Below, piece by piece: positions 24,890-36,800 of a DNA stretch of 64,000 nt. Under the pieces are notes generated by a model. That model was not told where the DNA came from, searched no databases, and saw only the letters and a program-made list of their open reading frames with translations. Source of the stretch: Tubulanus polymorphus (Eukaryota > Animalia > Nemertea); assembly GCF_964204645.1 (NCBI RefSeq), contig NC_134025.1, forward strand, positions 12,648,001 through 12,712,000. The letters run 5' to 3'. The position numbers and the translations under genes are program-made. Each line of letters opens with the position of its first letter. Position 1 is the stretch's first letter.

Positions 24890-24924
24890 AAACTAGGGGT
24901 CCAGGGACACCATGCGTTGAAAGC

Positions 24925-26520
24925 AATCAGTATACTTTGTATTAATGCGTAACTGAAGTCACATTCGACCTTTACTGGTTGGAGTACTTTATTTGTAACT
25001 TGGTAATACCGGTACTTTATTCTGTTCAGGAAAAAAGCGACAGTTGGTATATCATGCGACGTTGATAACCTATCCGCAATCGAGCTAATCTGGGTTTATT
25101 GAGAACAAGTGTGGAGATAAGGTGTTTTTGTCCTTTGATTGCATTAATAATTCAACCGGTGGAGTCGAAGTACAAATAAAAGTTACTTTCGTTGATCAGA
25201 TGTATCTGCTCGTCAGCTATGCATATGACGTTAAACGGATAGACTCCTAGATTTATAAAGTAGCTATCGCCATTTGCAGTGAAAGCTTCCCAGAGAAGCA
25301 TCAAATCACGAATATAGTCCCTGTGATAAATCTCTTTCTCCAGTGCTTCAGAGGCAACTTTTCTCAACACTTTTAAGGTTTGTGGCTGTGTCCAATTGCA
25401 ACTTTCGAGTTCGGTCGTAGGCATCTTCACTAGTTCTTCGCTGTTAACATTCAATGCGCCCTCAACTGAAACTCTCTTAGCTATCTCTTCTCTTCTTTTA
25501 CCACAAATTTGTCTCTTGTTTTGTTCGTTAGAGGTATGCTAGATAATTCCAGTCCTCGTCACTTGAAACAAAACCGGCTTATTGGGTGGAGGTTCGTTTT
25601 TTATCTTGAATTTAAATTGAGCTGAGCATTTGTCTCCTTTACATTATGCTCTCCCAGAAAAGAAGTTCTCTGATTCCTGAGCAAAGAATAACTGCTTTTA
25701 GTCTTTATAACCCGGTTATAGGTGAAACAGAGAACACAACCATGATATTGTTTGCGAAAATTGTTGTATATGGTATCAGACCAATTATTCAAGAGTCGAC
25801 GGTTGTTGCCGCTAGTTACTGGGTGGATATTCTTGTACTCTTCCCATGACACAAATATTTGTATTTCATTCGTATCATCATCTTTGTCATCATTATCCTC
25901 GACGTTTTCATGCTCATCATCACCACCAACTTGATGATCATCATCATCACTTTCATCATCACCGCCATGATCTCTACCATCGTCACTATCGTCATCGTTG
26001 CCATCGTCATCATCATCTCCATTATCATCATCACCATTATAAAAATACTGTTCCCAATCATTAGAACCATTTTTTTCACTTCGAACAGAATATTCATGGT
26101 CGCTTTCTGAGCGGCTTGGCATCATCAGTGTTGCTTACAGCTACAGCAGCGATGCTTCCCACACATTTGCTATCAGAATAAGTCACCAATGTTGTTTTAT
26201 CGCATTGAATTTGTGGTTTACATCTATACCAATAACAGATATGTGCGTGTGACCATATCTCTTTGGTGTCTCCTTACAAGTAATTCATTTTTCGTCCCAT
26301 TTGTCCCTCAGCCTTAAGAGTAGGATGCCGGGTTAATTGTAGAGATAACTTTCTGTGGTATTTATCATTGTCATTATGCTTGAAAACTATCCATTTTTCA
26401 AATCTGCATTGTTCGAGCTTAATTCTCTAATCAAATTTGACTTGGATGGTGCTGCTGTCTAGCTTACACAGGTCGACCACAACCCTTCTCATTTTTAGCT
26501 TGAGGAGCTATCATGACGAT
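24925..26520 (-). pseudogene. MULE NOF/FB (Rehavkus-like) transposase N-terminal fragment
   Basis: Acidic tract, then W.D.IY..F...GCVLCF, CKGDKCSAQF, R...G..R, VLRKVASE, YPFNV...EQI, LYFDSTG; many frameshifts. Confidence 0.6.
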
Positions 26521-27479
26521 GCCTGGAAATAGGTTGTATATGTTGCCTGTCATGCAAAAAACACACTTGTCCATATGAATGTGTCTGCAAAGAAATAGTT
26601 CCAGGATTTTGGCTAAAAGTTTTTAACATTGTATCAAATTAAATAGTGATGATAGTTGATCACAATCATTTAAGAAATATTTTGAATTAGAGTTCATCAG
26701 CATGGCATTAATATTTATTCATTTACGAAGTCAATTGATATGCGGATATCTACATCGCTTTGTGTAAACAGGTAGCTGTGCCGAGAGGCAAAGAGGCGCT
26801 ATAACAGCAAAGTTATTTCAATGATAACATTAATTCTTACCAGACAAACTTCAATAAGAAGTTTGTTGGCCTTGTTGATGAAAATATTCATCCACAATTA
26901 AATCTGAATGTTTTTTTTTTACCTTGATGTGACATTGAGTATCTCAGGGATGAAAATCTTCCGACCATAGATGGATTTCCGACCTTTTCTTCCATTTTCT
27001 TAATTCCTGAGATCAGTTTAAATCAGGTCAATCACGCGCGTCATGTCGGAATGCTTCGGAGTGCTCATTAAGACAGTTTTCAGCAGTAGTTAGCATAACT
27101 GTGGAGTCAGAGAAACCTATATGGCATCTCATTCCAAAAGCGGCTCTAATTCAGGCCCAAACTATTAACATTTTGACTAAAAGAAAGTTAGTTTTTTGGC
27201 TAAAAGTTACTGATCTATATTCCCCAAAAATTCATTTCTTAAAATATTTTCTTAACTTTTCAATAAAGGCCGTTTTCATCCCTTGTATCTGCTCTCTCTT
27301 CTTTGCATAATACCTACCAGAAACAATGAACAACGAAATCAGTTCATCAACAAGTGAATCACCAAGTGAATCTTTGACATTTACTGATTATATCATAACT
27401 GTGTTCATTAGAGATCCGATTAAAATCACAGGAGAGAAACTGACTACTTTACGTGTACTTGATGGCAATCGATCTTCTA

Positions 27480-29230
27480 ACATTTGAAGGTCATAATCAT
27501 TAGTTCAAAAAATTAAACAGTCTCATCTGACATCTTCTGACCCGCATTTATTTCTATTTGACTTTCTATGAGCACTATTAAAAACACCCCAACCATTTCC
27601 ATCACAGGCGATCAAAAATCCGGTTTCTAATACTTGAAGTGCCCTATCACAGGTTTCTCACTTAAATCTCTTCCATTTCGTATGGTTTGCAACTTTTCTG
27701 AAGATTTTTGGCAATTGAAATTGGTCACATTTTAATCATCATCAAATACATAACGGAGCATTTTTACTACAAATATATCAAACGGTTGAGATGATTGCTG
27801 AAATATGTTGAATCTATGTTTTAGAATTTTCGTTCGGTAACATCGTCTGCCATGAGAAGGGGATTATTGCGTTCAGTAGCTATGGTACGTTATATTGGCT
27901 CAACATTAAATATAATTCTGACCATGTTTCAGATGAAAACCAATTTTTCTCGGACAATTTATCAAATTTATCCAAAAGTTCGCAGGGATATTATTCTTTA
28001 TAAAACTGAGAAATTCATTAGCGAGGAGAGTGCGGGACCGCACCTGTGGAGCACCGGTTGAGGGCAGTTCGTTTACGTTAGCGTTATCGTAAAATTGTGT
28101 TTTTTGCCATATATCCGCCTAAGTTGATTTATTTGTCTTTCAATTAATAAATTAGCCAGATGCGCTTAGAAACCGGGATGCGCTGTAAAATCGATATAGC
28201 GAACGTAGTCGTTTGAACAACTCTTGGAACTAATCAATTCATCAGGAATCACTTTGCATAATTATTCCGCATTGTTTAGCTACTTGTGGATATGATTCCC
28301 TAAAAAACTATTGCTGTGATATGCTTGACGATCAATGCCGATTTCTATCAGGACTTGATTTAATGGTTTACATAAAGGTCCTATTTGGGCCAACCTTTAT
28401 TTTGGCATTCCTTTTTTAAACTTGTCTGGATTTAAGGTTGGCCAGATTTTCAGTGATGCATCTGATGATTTTGTTGGCCGACAATTGTTTTCCTGTAAGG
28501 CATAGTTCACACTGAGCTTTCACTACCCTTAGATTATTTGCTGCATTCTGTTCATGGAGGGCAACTGATAAGGATTCAAATTTTACCGACTGCGGACAAT
28601 GAGATGATCCCTGGTGCTTTCTCAGGTCATCGAGCTTCACTTGACCCCACAAACAAGGGAATTTGGCCGCTGAACCCTGGTGACCCATACATGTGCACAA
28701 AAAGGCAAGAAAAAAATGGATCGCGACGGCTACATCTTTCCATTCACTATTTACAATATCTACTCTAGAGATGGTTTTCTGGTCATAGAATAGTGGTGAA
28801 AAAACCTGCTCCATATTCTCATAGGAATCTACAGCTTCAAAATACGCGATCATCTCTGTAAAGTCTGTACTATTGCACGATTAACAGTTGATAATTGAAA
28901 ATACAAGTTTCGTACTACCTCCCCCCTTGTCCGCCCAATCTTAATCCATATTTCGGCATGAACCTCTGCAGGAAACAACAGTTGTCTTTTTTCAGACAAA
29001 CGTTTAATTTTTACAAGTAACTGAACACGGAAATTATTCACTTAAGCGTACGCAGTTGTTTTCTTCGAGGTTCTCGAATTTACAATCATTTCGGTTTGAC
29101 CTACATCAAGATTGTTTTTTAAAGCTTCAGATCAACTGTTAATTTCCTCGTGCAGTTTGTCAGCTGATGGCAAAAAATATTGAAATTACGATCGTTAAAG
29201 TTTTCCTAGTTCTAAAGACTGGGTCATTGT
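27480..29230 (-). pseudogene. Chapaev-like transposase fragment
   Basis: EIWIKIG(G)DKGG.STK (across a frameshift), IAYFEAVDSYENM, CMGHQGSAAKFPCLW. Confidence 0.6.
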
Positions 29231-29424
29231 CAGCCGAAGATGCATTTTGATTTTAAGGTACTCTTGAGCAGTGAGCATCTGCACAGGTTTCATATCAGGA
29301 ATATGGGAAATGGGAAAGTTCAATTGTCTACTCACCACGCGACGCCACTGTACTATGAGGGGAAGTTTTTACTTCCTGTTCACTGTTCACAGCACGTGTA
29401 TTCAGACTATCTTTTTAATTCATC

Positions 29425-30073
29425 ATGCCTATGTATTGTGCTGTGCCATCATGTAATCAAAGTGGTGGACATCAATTTCCACATGATGAGGAACAGAGAT
29501 AGAAGTGGATTATAGCCATCAAACGACTGAAACCGGTTACTAATCAACTTTGGACACCACGGAAAAAACCCAGCAATTAAAAAACCCAGCAATGTTGCAG
29601 CCCGGAGTAGTAGTTTTTCTACATACAACAATAGAAATTCGTTAAAAACGATGATTGGTTGCACACCTCGAGGTGCAGTGTCCTATGTAAGCGACGGCTA
29701 TGCTGGGTCAGTGTCTGACAGACAGATCATTGAAAGATCTGAAATTGTTTCTCGGGCATATTTCAACGCTGGCGACTCCATCATGGCTGACCGGGGGATA
29801 AGAGTACAGGATTTATTTGCCCCGTTGGATGTGAAGGTTAATATCCCGCATATGCTAAAGGTTAAAAGCCAACTTGACCCAGAGGAGGTTGTGTTTGACA
29901 GGAGGGTTGCCTCAAAGAGGATCCATGTCGAAAGAGTGATTGGGTTAGGGAAATCGTACCAGATTCTACAACAGCCCCTTCATCCTCACAGAGTTCAACT
30001 TGGTTCAAGAATTGTATTTGTCTGTTTCAATCTTATAAATTTTAGAAAATGTATTGTGGGTAAATATGCCTGA
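29425..30073 (+). pseudogene. ISL2EU (PIF/Harbinger-related) transposase with THAP remnant, internally deleted
   Basis: MPMYCAVPSC...HQFP...R*KWIIAIKR (THAP) joined to KPSN..FSTY..NSLKTMIGCTPRG..YAGSVSD..IMADRG..RIHVERVIG. Confidence 0.8.
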
Positions 30074-30129
30074 TATTGAAATAAAAAGAATGTATTATTC
30101 GATTCATATGAAAAATGCATTTATCCTTT

Positions 30130-30772
30130 ATTTCTAAAATGTCTCTGCATATTGAGGTTTAAAGTACATATTACAATAGAGCTCCAGCTTAGGTACAATC
30201 GACAGAGTGCTATATTTCCTATCATACGGAATCCTAGACGAAACAGTCTATAAACGTATATACAATGAAATAACATGACTTCTTATTAGCGATAAGTAGC
30301 TGACCCTGTATCTGGAAAATAATTATGGTTTCTTTTCAATCTCAGTTTGCATAAATTTAAGAAGTTTGAATTTTTTCAGGTTTTCTTTTATTATCAAGTC
30401 CCTGCCACTGTACGGGCATATGACTTCCACAATTTTATCACTTCCAAGCAGACCATCAGGGCTCACAGCAAGATAGGGATGTTCGATAGAAATAAATAGT
30501 CCACATGGCGTAAGATCTGGATACAACTGTTCAAATTTTGTTATTGCTTTGCTTTCATGTTGTTTCCCATGATTGATGGCTGCGTTGTTAAGAGGCACAG
30601 GGTTTATCAACCGCACTGCAAGTTTCGACCTATTTTTTTCTTTCCGTTGCTTTGCAAATCTCGCCGAAGTGTGATGCCGTTAATCTGGAAGACTTGGCCG
30701 AATGCCATAACGCAATTTCGCTCTGCCCTACAGTTTGTTGTTCTATCTGTTTCGCTTCAGACACAGTAACCT
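30130..30772 (-). pseudogene. YqaJ/lambda-exonuclease-like ORF of the ISL2EU element
   Basis: HGKQHESKA, CGLFISIEHPYLAVSPDGL..VEV.CPY, YFQIQGQL; convergent with the ISL2EU transposase, as is typical. Confidence 0.8.
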
Positions 30773-31399
30773 GCAACATAAATGGTAAAAGTGGTAAATG
30801 ATTTCATAGCGCTACCTTTCACTTATGTTTTCACATATGAACCCTAATTTTCGCGTGCGATCTGTCGCATGCGAAAATCGCACCGATCAAACATCGCCGC
30901 CAACCACTCGTAATCGAACCAATCAATGACAAACTTTGTATCATGTGATCAATAAAAATTATTTGATTTTGTTGAATTACAATGGCGAGCGATGGAGCGT
31001 GGACTTGTGACAAAGAAGAGAAACATTTGTGGGCCAAGAAGCCGTGTTTATTCAATACGACTTTGCCGTTATACCGTGACAGGGTAGCGCGAGAGGTAGC
31101 ATTGAAGGAATTAGCCGAAAAGCTCAATACAACTGGTATTTTTTAGAGATTCTTTATGTACATCACACTAATTACCGCCGATAAACGACACTGACAATCA
31201 TGTTCTTGACACCAAGCCAATACTATTATCACGAAACTCTCTTGGACTCGGTGGGTTTTTCTGACAGAAGATTGTTATAAGGCCTAACGATGATATTTTT
31301 TGTTATCCAAAAACAGACACTTTTTAATCCATGCTTTTTTTAAACGCCCGCTAAGCACCACACAATGCATTATAAGCAGGTTTGATGTTTCTTTTTTCC

Positions 31400-31515
31400 A
31401 ATGGGGAGAGACCAGAGAACCTTCGAACAAGAAACTCTGTCGCCACCAGTGTTCAAACCCATAAACCCTGGATTGACGAGAACAGTGACCGGCGGCTTAA
31501 ACCACTCGCTTATGA
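31400..31515 (-). mobile_element. Possible tRNA-derived SINE head fragment
   Basis: Minus strand has an A-box-like AGCGAGTGGTTTAAG and a B-box-like GGGTTTGAACAC. Confidence 0.35.
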
Positions 31516-31531
31516 TGTCCTCTGTCTTCCC

Positions 31532-32672
31532 TTTTTAGCCCACTTGGGACTTAAGTCCCAGCGGGCTATTGCGTTCACTTGTCGTCTGTCCGTCCGTCCG
31601 TAGACGGAATCCAGTTATTTTGGGAAGTTTTGAAGACACTTCAAGGTAATGTCTTGATATTTGTTTTATACATGTATCTACCCTAGACACATCTTCAGCC
31701 CAAAAACTGGCCCTGTCAGAATCAAGATGGCCGACTGGCAGCCATTGTTGTTCGCCAAAATCAACACTTTTTAACTTTTTGAGGGAAATTTTGAAGACGC
31801 TTCGATCAATTACCTTGATCTTTCGGATGTATGTGAATCCCCCTAGGGCCCATCAGCATAACAAAAATTGGGTCAAAAATCTTTCGTAGATATTTGAATC
31901 CCCCAAGGGCCCATCACCATAAGAAAAATTGGGTCGATCGGACTCAAGATGGCCGTCCTATGACCTTTTTAGTGCCCAAAAGTGTCAATTTTGGCCCAAA
32001 ATCTGAGTCCTGTAGCTTCCTACTGGTTTGCCATTTCTCATTGCAATTTGTGAAGGGTATTCTTTGGAAAGGGATGTTTTATACCTGAGCCAGGTATTTT
32101 TGATCGGCCAATTATGACGCAATTGGCAGCCATCTTGGTATCATCAGAAAAAGTTTTTCCACATTATATTGATACCTAAGCATATTTTGTTGCCACAATC
32201 AATTGCAAAGCTGTAGCTCATGACATTCTCTATGATTGTGGTGAGTTTTAAGGACATTGGTTATTCTATATGGTCACCAGGGGGCGTTGAATAGTAGAAT
32301 AACTTAGTATTTCCTTATTAGATTAGTACCAAGGCATAATTTTTGACCATGATCAATTGCAAAGTTGTAGTTTATGACATGTTCTATGATTGTGGTGAGT
32401 TTCAAGGTCATTGGGTTTTGCATATGGTCATCAGGGGGCATTGAATAGTAGAATTACTTAGTATTTCCATATCAAATTGGTAACGAGGCATATTTTGCTA
32501 TCACAATCAATTACAAAATCGTAGCTGCTGATATGTTCTATGATTGAAGTGAGTTTCAAGGTCATTGGTTTTTGTATATGGTCACCAGGGGGCGTTGAAT
32601 ATTGAAATTGTTAGATTGTTGAGCATTGGAAACCATTTCCCAAGTGGGCATGGTGTCCCTGGACCCCTAGTT
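31532..32672 (+). mobile_element. Complete HINE (Helentron-associated, DINE-1/pearl-like)
   Basis: 5' TTTTTAGCCCACTTGGG with subterminal IR partner CCCAAGTGGGC, 5' palindrome TGGGACTTAAGTCCCA, GTCC microsatellite, internal ~153-bp tandem repeats, 3' hairpin then CTAG, inserted in a T run. Confidence 0.85.
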
Positions 32673-32910
32673 TCACCCAGTGAACAAAGTAATGAGCAAA
32701 ATGAGGTTGCTCAGGACACAATATGAAAAATTGATAAAACCATCGCCTAGCGGCAGTTCGGCAAAACCAAAATCAGAACAAAGCAAGTTGATTTTGGAAA
32801 GATTGCAGTTCCTACTAAGGTTTATTGGCAACTAAGAAACGCAATCAAATTTACAAGTGGGTATTTCATATTCATATATGTTTTATCATGATTTTAAACA
32901 ATAAAAAAAA

Positions 32911-33750
32911 TTAACAATCATTTCGAAATGCCATCTTTTCCTGCCATGGAACCATGCCTTGTTCAGAGACAAAATACTTCTTCAGTAAATCCTGATGCGC
33001 TTTTGCACCTGCTGAAGCATTTCTTAGCTGGATTGGCTGTAATTTGATGAAAGCTTGCCTAGAGTTGTCTGTCAGATTATTTTCCTCATTCAAAGTACTG
33101 GTATATTAAGCTGAATTATTACTGACAAGGTAATTAGAGGCAACAAGAAGCCAAGATAATAAATTAAACATGTTTTGGTGCTTAAGGAATTGTAACTAAC
33201 AGCACTCTAAATCTAGAGGCAAGGACACCAAAAGCATTCTCAATGACCCTATGAGCCCTGCTGAATCGATAATTGAAAATCCTGTTTTCCCTTTCGAGAT
33301 TTCTATGGGGATAGGGCTTCATGAGATTGACATTCAACGGAAATGCATCGTCCTTCACGATATGATAACTAATGGCATCCTCTGTACCAGGCAGTAATCC
33401 AGGATCTGGGAGATTTAATTTGTGCTGCTGCATCCCCAATTTCAATATTGTCGAATTATAAATCGCCTGCATCGCTGCTTCTACCTGTTGCCCCTACATC
33501 AACATATACAAATTTATAATTTGCATCCACCAAAGCCATTAAAACAATACTGAAATAACCCTTATAATTAAAATACGTCGAACTGCTGCATTGTGGACTT
33601 TGTACTTTTGTAGTGGAAAAAACTTTGTACTTTTTGCGGTGCTGCCCTCTCTCTTCGAATATGGCGGTCGTTCTTCTCGTCGTCTCATAAATTCGTCGAT
33701 ATAATCGGCAACCATCCAATTTGTCAGGATGTCTAAACAGGTACAAATCT
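32911..33750 (-). pseudogene. Harbinger (HARBI1-like) transposase C-terminal fragment
   Basis: YFNYKGYFSIVLMALVDANYKFVYVDVG..GRSSD, D.AFPL..NLMKPY, FNYRFSRAHRVIENAFGVLASRFR, YFVSEQGMVPWQ. Confidence 0.9.
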
Positions 33751-33826
33751 TATCTTCTAAGCCCGCTACGGAGTTCGCTCACGTCGAATGATTTCTGGTA
33801 GTGAAATCAAAAAGGGAAATAAGTAA

Positions 33827-36800
33827 CGGTGTTGTCATATCGCGGAAAGACGGAATCGCGGAATTTTCCAAAAACGCGGAATTTCTTCGTTTTTACTTTA
33901 AATAGAAAATGGGTTTTCCCACGGGGATACCCACTGTCGGACAGGGCACCGGACCGATCGATGCAACGAGTTAGGTTCGAGTCCCATTATTTGCAGGCAA
34001 TTTTATATGGAATTATTATATTACGATACCGTTGACTGGCTGCCACCTGTAGAAGAAGTCAGAATCAAGTGGGGTGAAAGAGACCAGGCACTTAATGTCT
34101 ATTTCTACTAGGCAAACTTCGGTTATCGAAGTTCATCGACTTTTTGAGAACTTCAGAAACGAATATTATCAGATAAATATTGAGCACGTTCGCGGTGTCG
34201 GACCGTAGTTGTAGATGGTTGCAAACATGAAATCCTACGACCAAACAAGTACCGGTTCAAATTCCTTCGTCAAATTCGTCCAGTACCGGTACCAATAAGA
34301 TTCTTTTGATCCAAATAATCAGCATAGGAACATATGTTATAGCAGTCACAAAGTAAACATTAAAAAAACGAAACCATTTTATAATCTTTCATATCATTTA
34401 ATTCTAAAAGATAAACCACATTCGCTTATAACAACAATGTAGACACCCAACACGCATGAACAATCCTAAGCCAGAATGAAATATACATAATGTCTATTTA
34501 TTTTCGTCTGACATCGATCCAGTTCCACAGTTGTGAGTTAACTCTGAGTTACTTAGAATCAATTCATTTCCAATGTTTTAAATCCAGAGACCAGAGTCAA
34601 ATCTTAACTCGGAACTGAGTCCTGGAGAATGACCCATGGTGTCATCACAAATCCTACGTTTACGTACCATCGATTTTTATTCCTTCAGTTAATGCAGCGA
34701 TACTCTGTATCACTGAATTCGCAAAGCACGTATTGCCTAGGTTCTACATTATTTGGAACAGTATCGTTAAGTTGTTGACTGGCGATATAAAAAATTATCA
34801 AATACTAATTCCCGGTGTTGAAAACCTGGGTCCGATGCCCTGTCCGACAGTGGGTATCCCCGTGGGAAAACCCGTTTACTATTTATAGTAAAAATGAAGA
34901 AATTCCGCGTTTTTGGAAAATTCCGCGATTAACACGTTCCCAAATGTTTTGATACTTTCTCAGTTTGTATCAAAAATATTGCCAATTTCTGGTCATTGGG
35001 TCCTGAAAAATGATAAATTTACAGCGCAAAATCGTACAAACGTGTCAATTATACTTCTAAACACTTTATTTGCGGACCAGTTTATGAATTGAGCGTGGGC
35101 CATAGAGCGCTATATCCGCCTGTGATCTCGACTTTCAATTTATTACGTAAGCTATTCGTGAACAAAATGCGGCCGGCGTACAATAGAAACTTCGCTCTAT
35201 GTATTCTTTCATTACCGCCGACAAAGAGGACCGATATTTCGCAAATTGGATTCGGGAGGTTTAAACCTCCCAAGGTCAAATCACTAAAATTGTGACCTTC
35301 GTGGAGATTATCTAAAAAGCCGATGGTAATCAAATTTAGCAGAACTTTTTACCCAAACGTTTAATGGTTTGAATATCTTTCAATGGCATTCCTAAGTATT
35401 TGATGAAAGTTGAGAAATCATAAGATATTCATATAACCATGGACTCTAAAACCTAAATCGTTTAAGAGTCCCTGGTATAAAAAAAAAACTTTGCATAACG
35501 AAGAAGCAAAAATTCGAATCTGATTCATCTGTTTGGAATTGATTCTTATGAAATGGAAACAGATGCGTGAGCACTACTCATTGATGCGTTCATTATTGTA
35601 CAATATGTTTCATTTGTTGACCGTAAGACGTTGACATTATGTCAATTTCATTCAATTTGCTTTGCGGCTTTACAACGGCTATTTCACTGGTTCTGCGTGA
35701 TGAGATTAGAGTTATTGTATTAATTTCTACATGTATATACGTAATGATACTCTTTCTGAATAAAAGATGCACGTTATTCGAATCCCCACCATTGTTCTCT
35801 ACAATGTACGTTAATCAAACTCACGATAAAACCAGAGCCAAAACCATGGACTCAAAAACGAAGAATCCGTGGTCAAACATACAATTCTAATTTCCCCGTT
35901 AGTTCACTGATGCCGTCAGTTTCTATCGAATGCAAGGATTCTAGCCAATCAGAGAGGCGCATGCAAACATCCATTGGCATGTAAGTTATAGTACAACTTA
36001 GACAATAATCAAGGTGCGAGCCAATGTCAGTAACTAGAATATGTTCTTTCATCAAATATAAATAACTCAGCAGTAGTCAGTTAGTTGAGTTTGTTTGACT
36101 TGTTTTGTACTTCATCAATAAATCTATTTCATTCTATTTTAAAGTACAAACTAAACGCTTGAATTGCCTATAACACGACCAGGTATGAATTAGAATAGAT
36201 TGGCTTAATATTTCGAATGCAAATTTGGCGATTAAGCAATCGGAAATTCGAAGTGCTTGAGAAATTTTTCAATACGCCCATTACTTCGAATAGCGATAAG
36301 TTCATTGACACATGTGACCATTGTTTTGTTACTTTCTATAGCGATTCGAATAAGCTATGCGACAGCTAACGACAGCACAATCGCAATATCAACAGAAGTT
36401 CATTTTATCCTACATGATGTGGCTAAATTCAGTGAAATCGATCGTGTTCTGAAATATATATTTTCCTGGATACATTTTGTTTATTGTAGCTATTCTTTGC
36501 GGTTTATACATTAACCTGCTATAACATATTGACCGTTTTCAAGAACCCAAAAATTACAATTTTCTGGGAATCTGTTTTTTCCAAAAACAACCCAAACCCG
36601 AAATTGTGTACAGTTAGTACGCAGCGTATATAATGTCGGATTAGAGAATATTGAAAAAACTTAGAAAAAGTTCAGTGAAGGAAAATAAGCTCAGCAGTGA
36701 CAAATTGTCATTTCATCTCCTTCACGTGATTAATTGATGTCCAAATATGTTCTACCGTGAAAACTCTGCATTTAGCGTCAAACGAATTTTTGTATACGTA

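Larger units (their letters stand above)
30982..32857 (+). pseudogene. Harbinger ORF2, MADF/Myb-like DNA-binding protein (two exons)
   Basis: Exon 30982-31135 (W..KPCLFN....YRDR..R...KELAEKL) and exon 32681-32857 (KMRLLRTQY......SGS...L.FL). Confidence 0.65.

Noticed and set aside
25816-26110. His-rich, Met-rich and Ile-rich ORFs
   Set aside because: Alternative frames of a (GAT)n Asp-rich tract within the MULE-NOF fragment.
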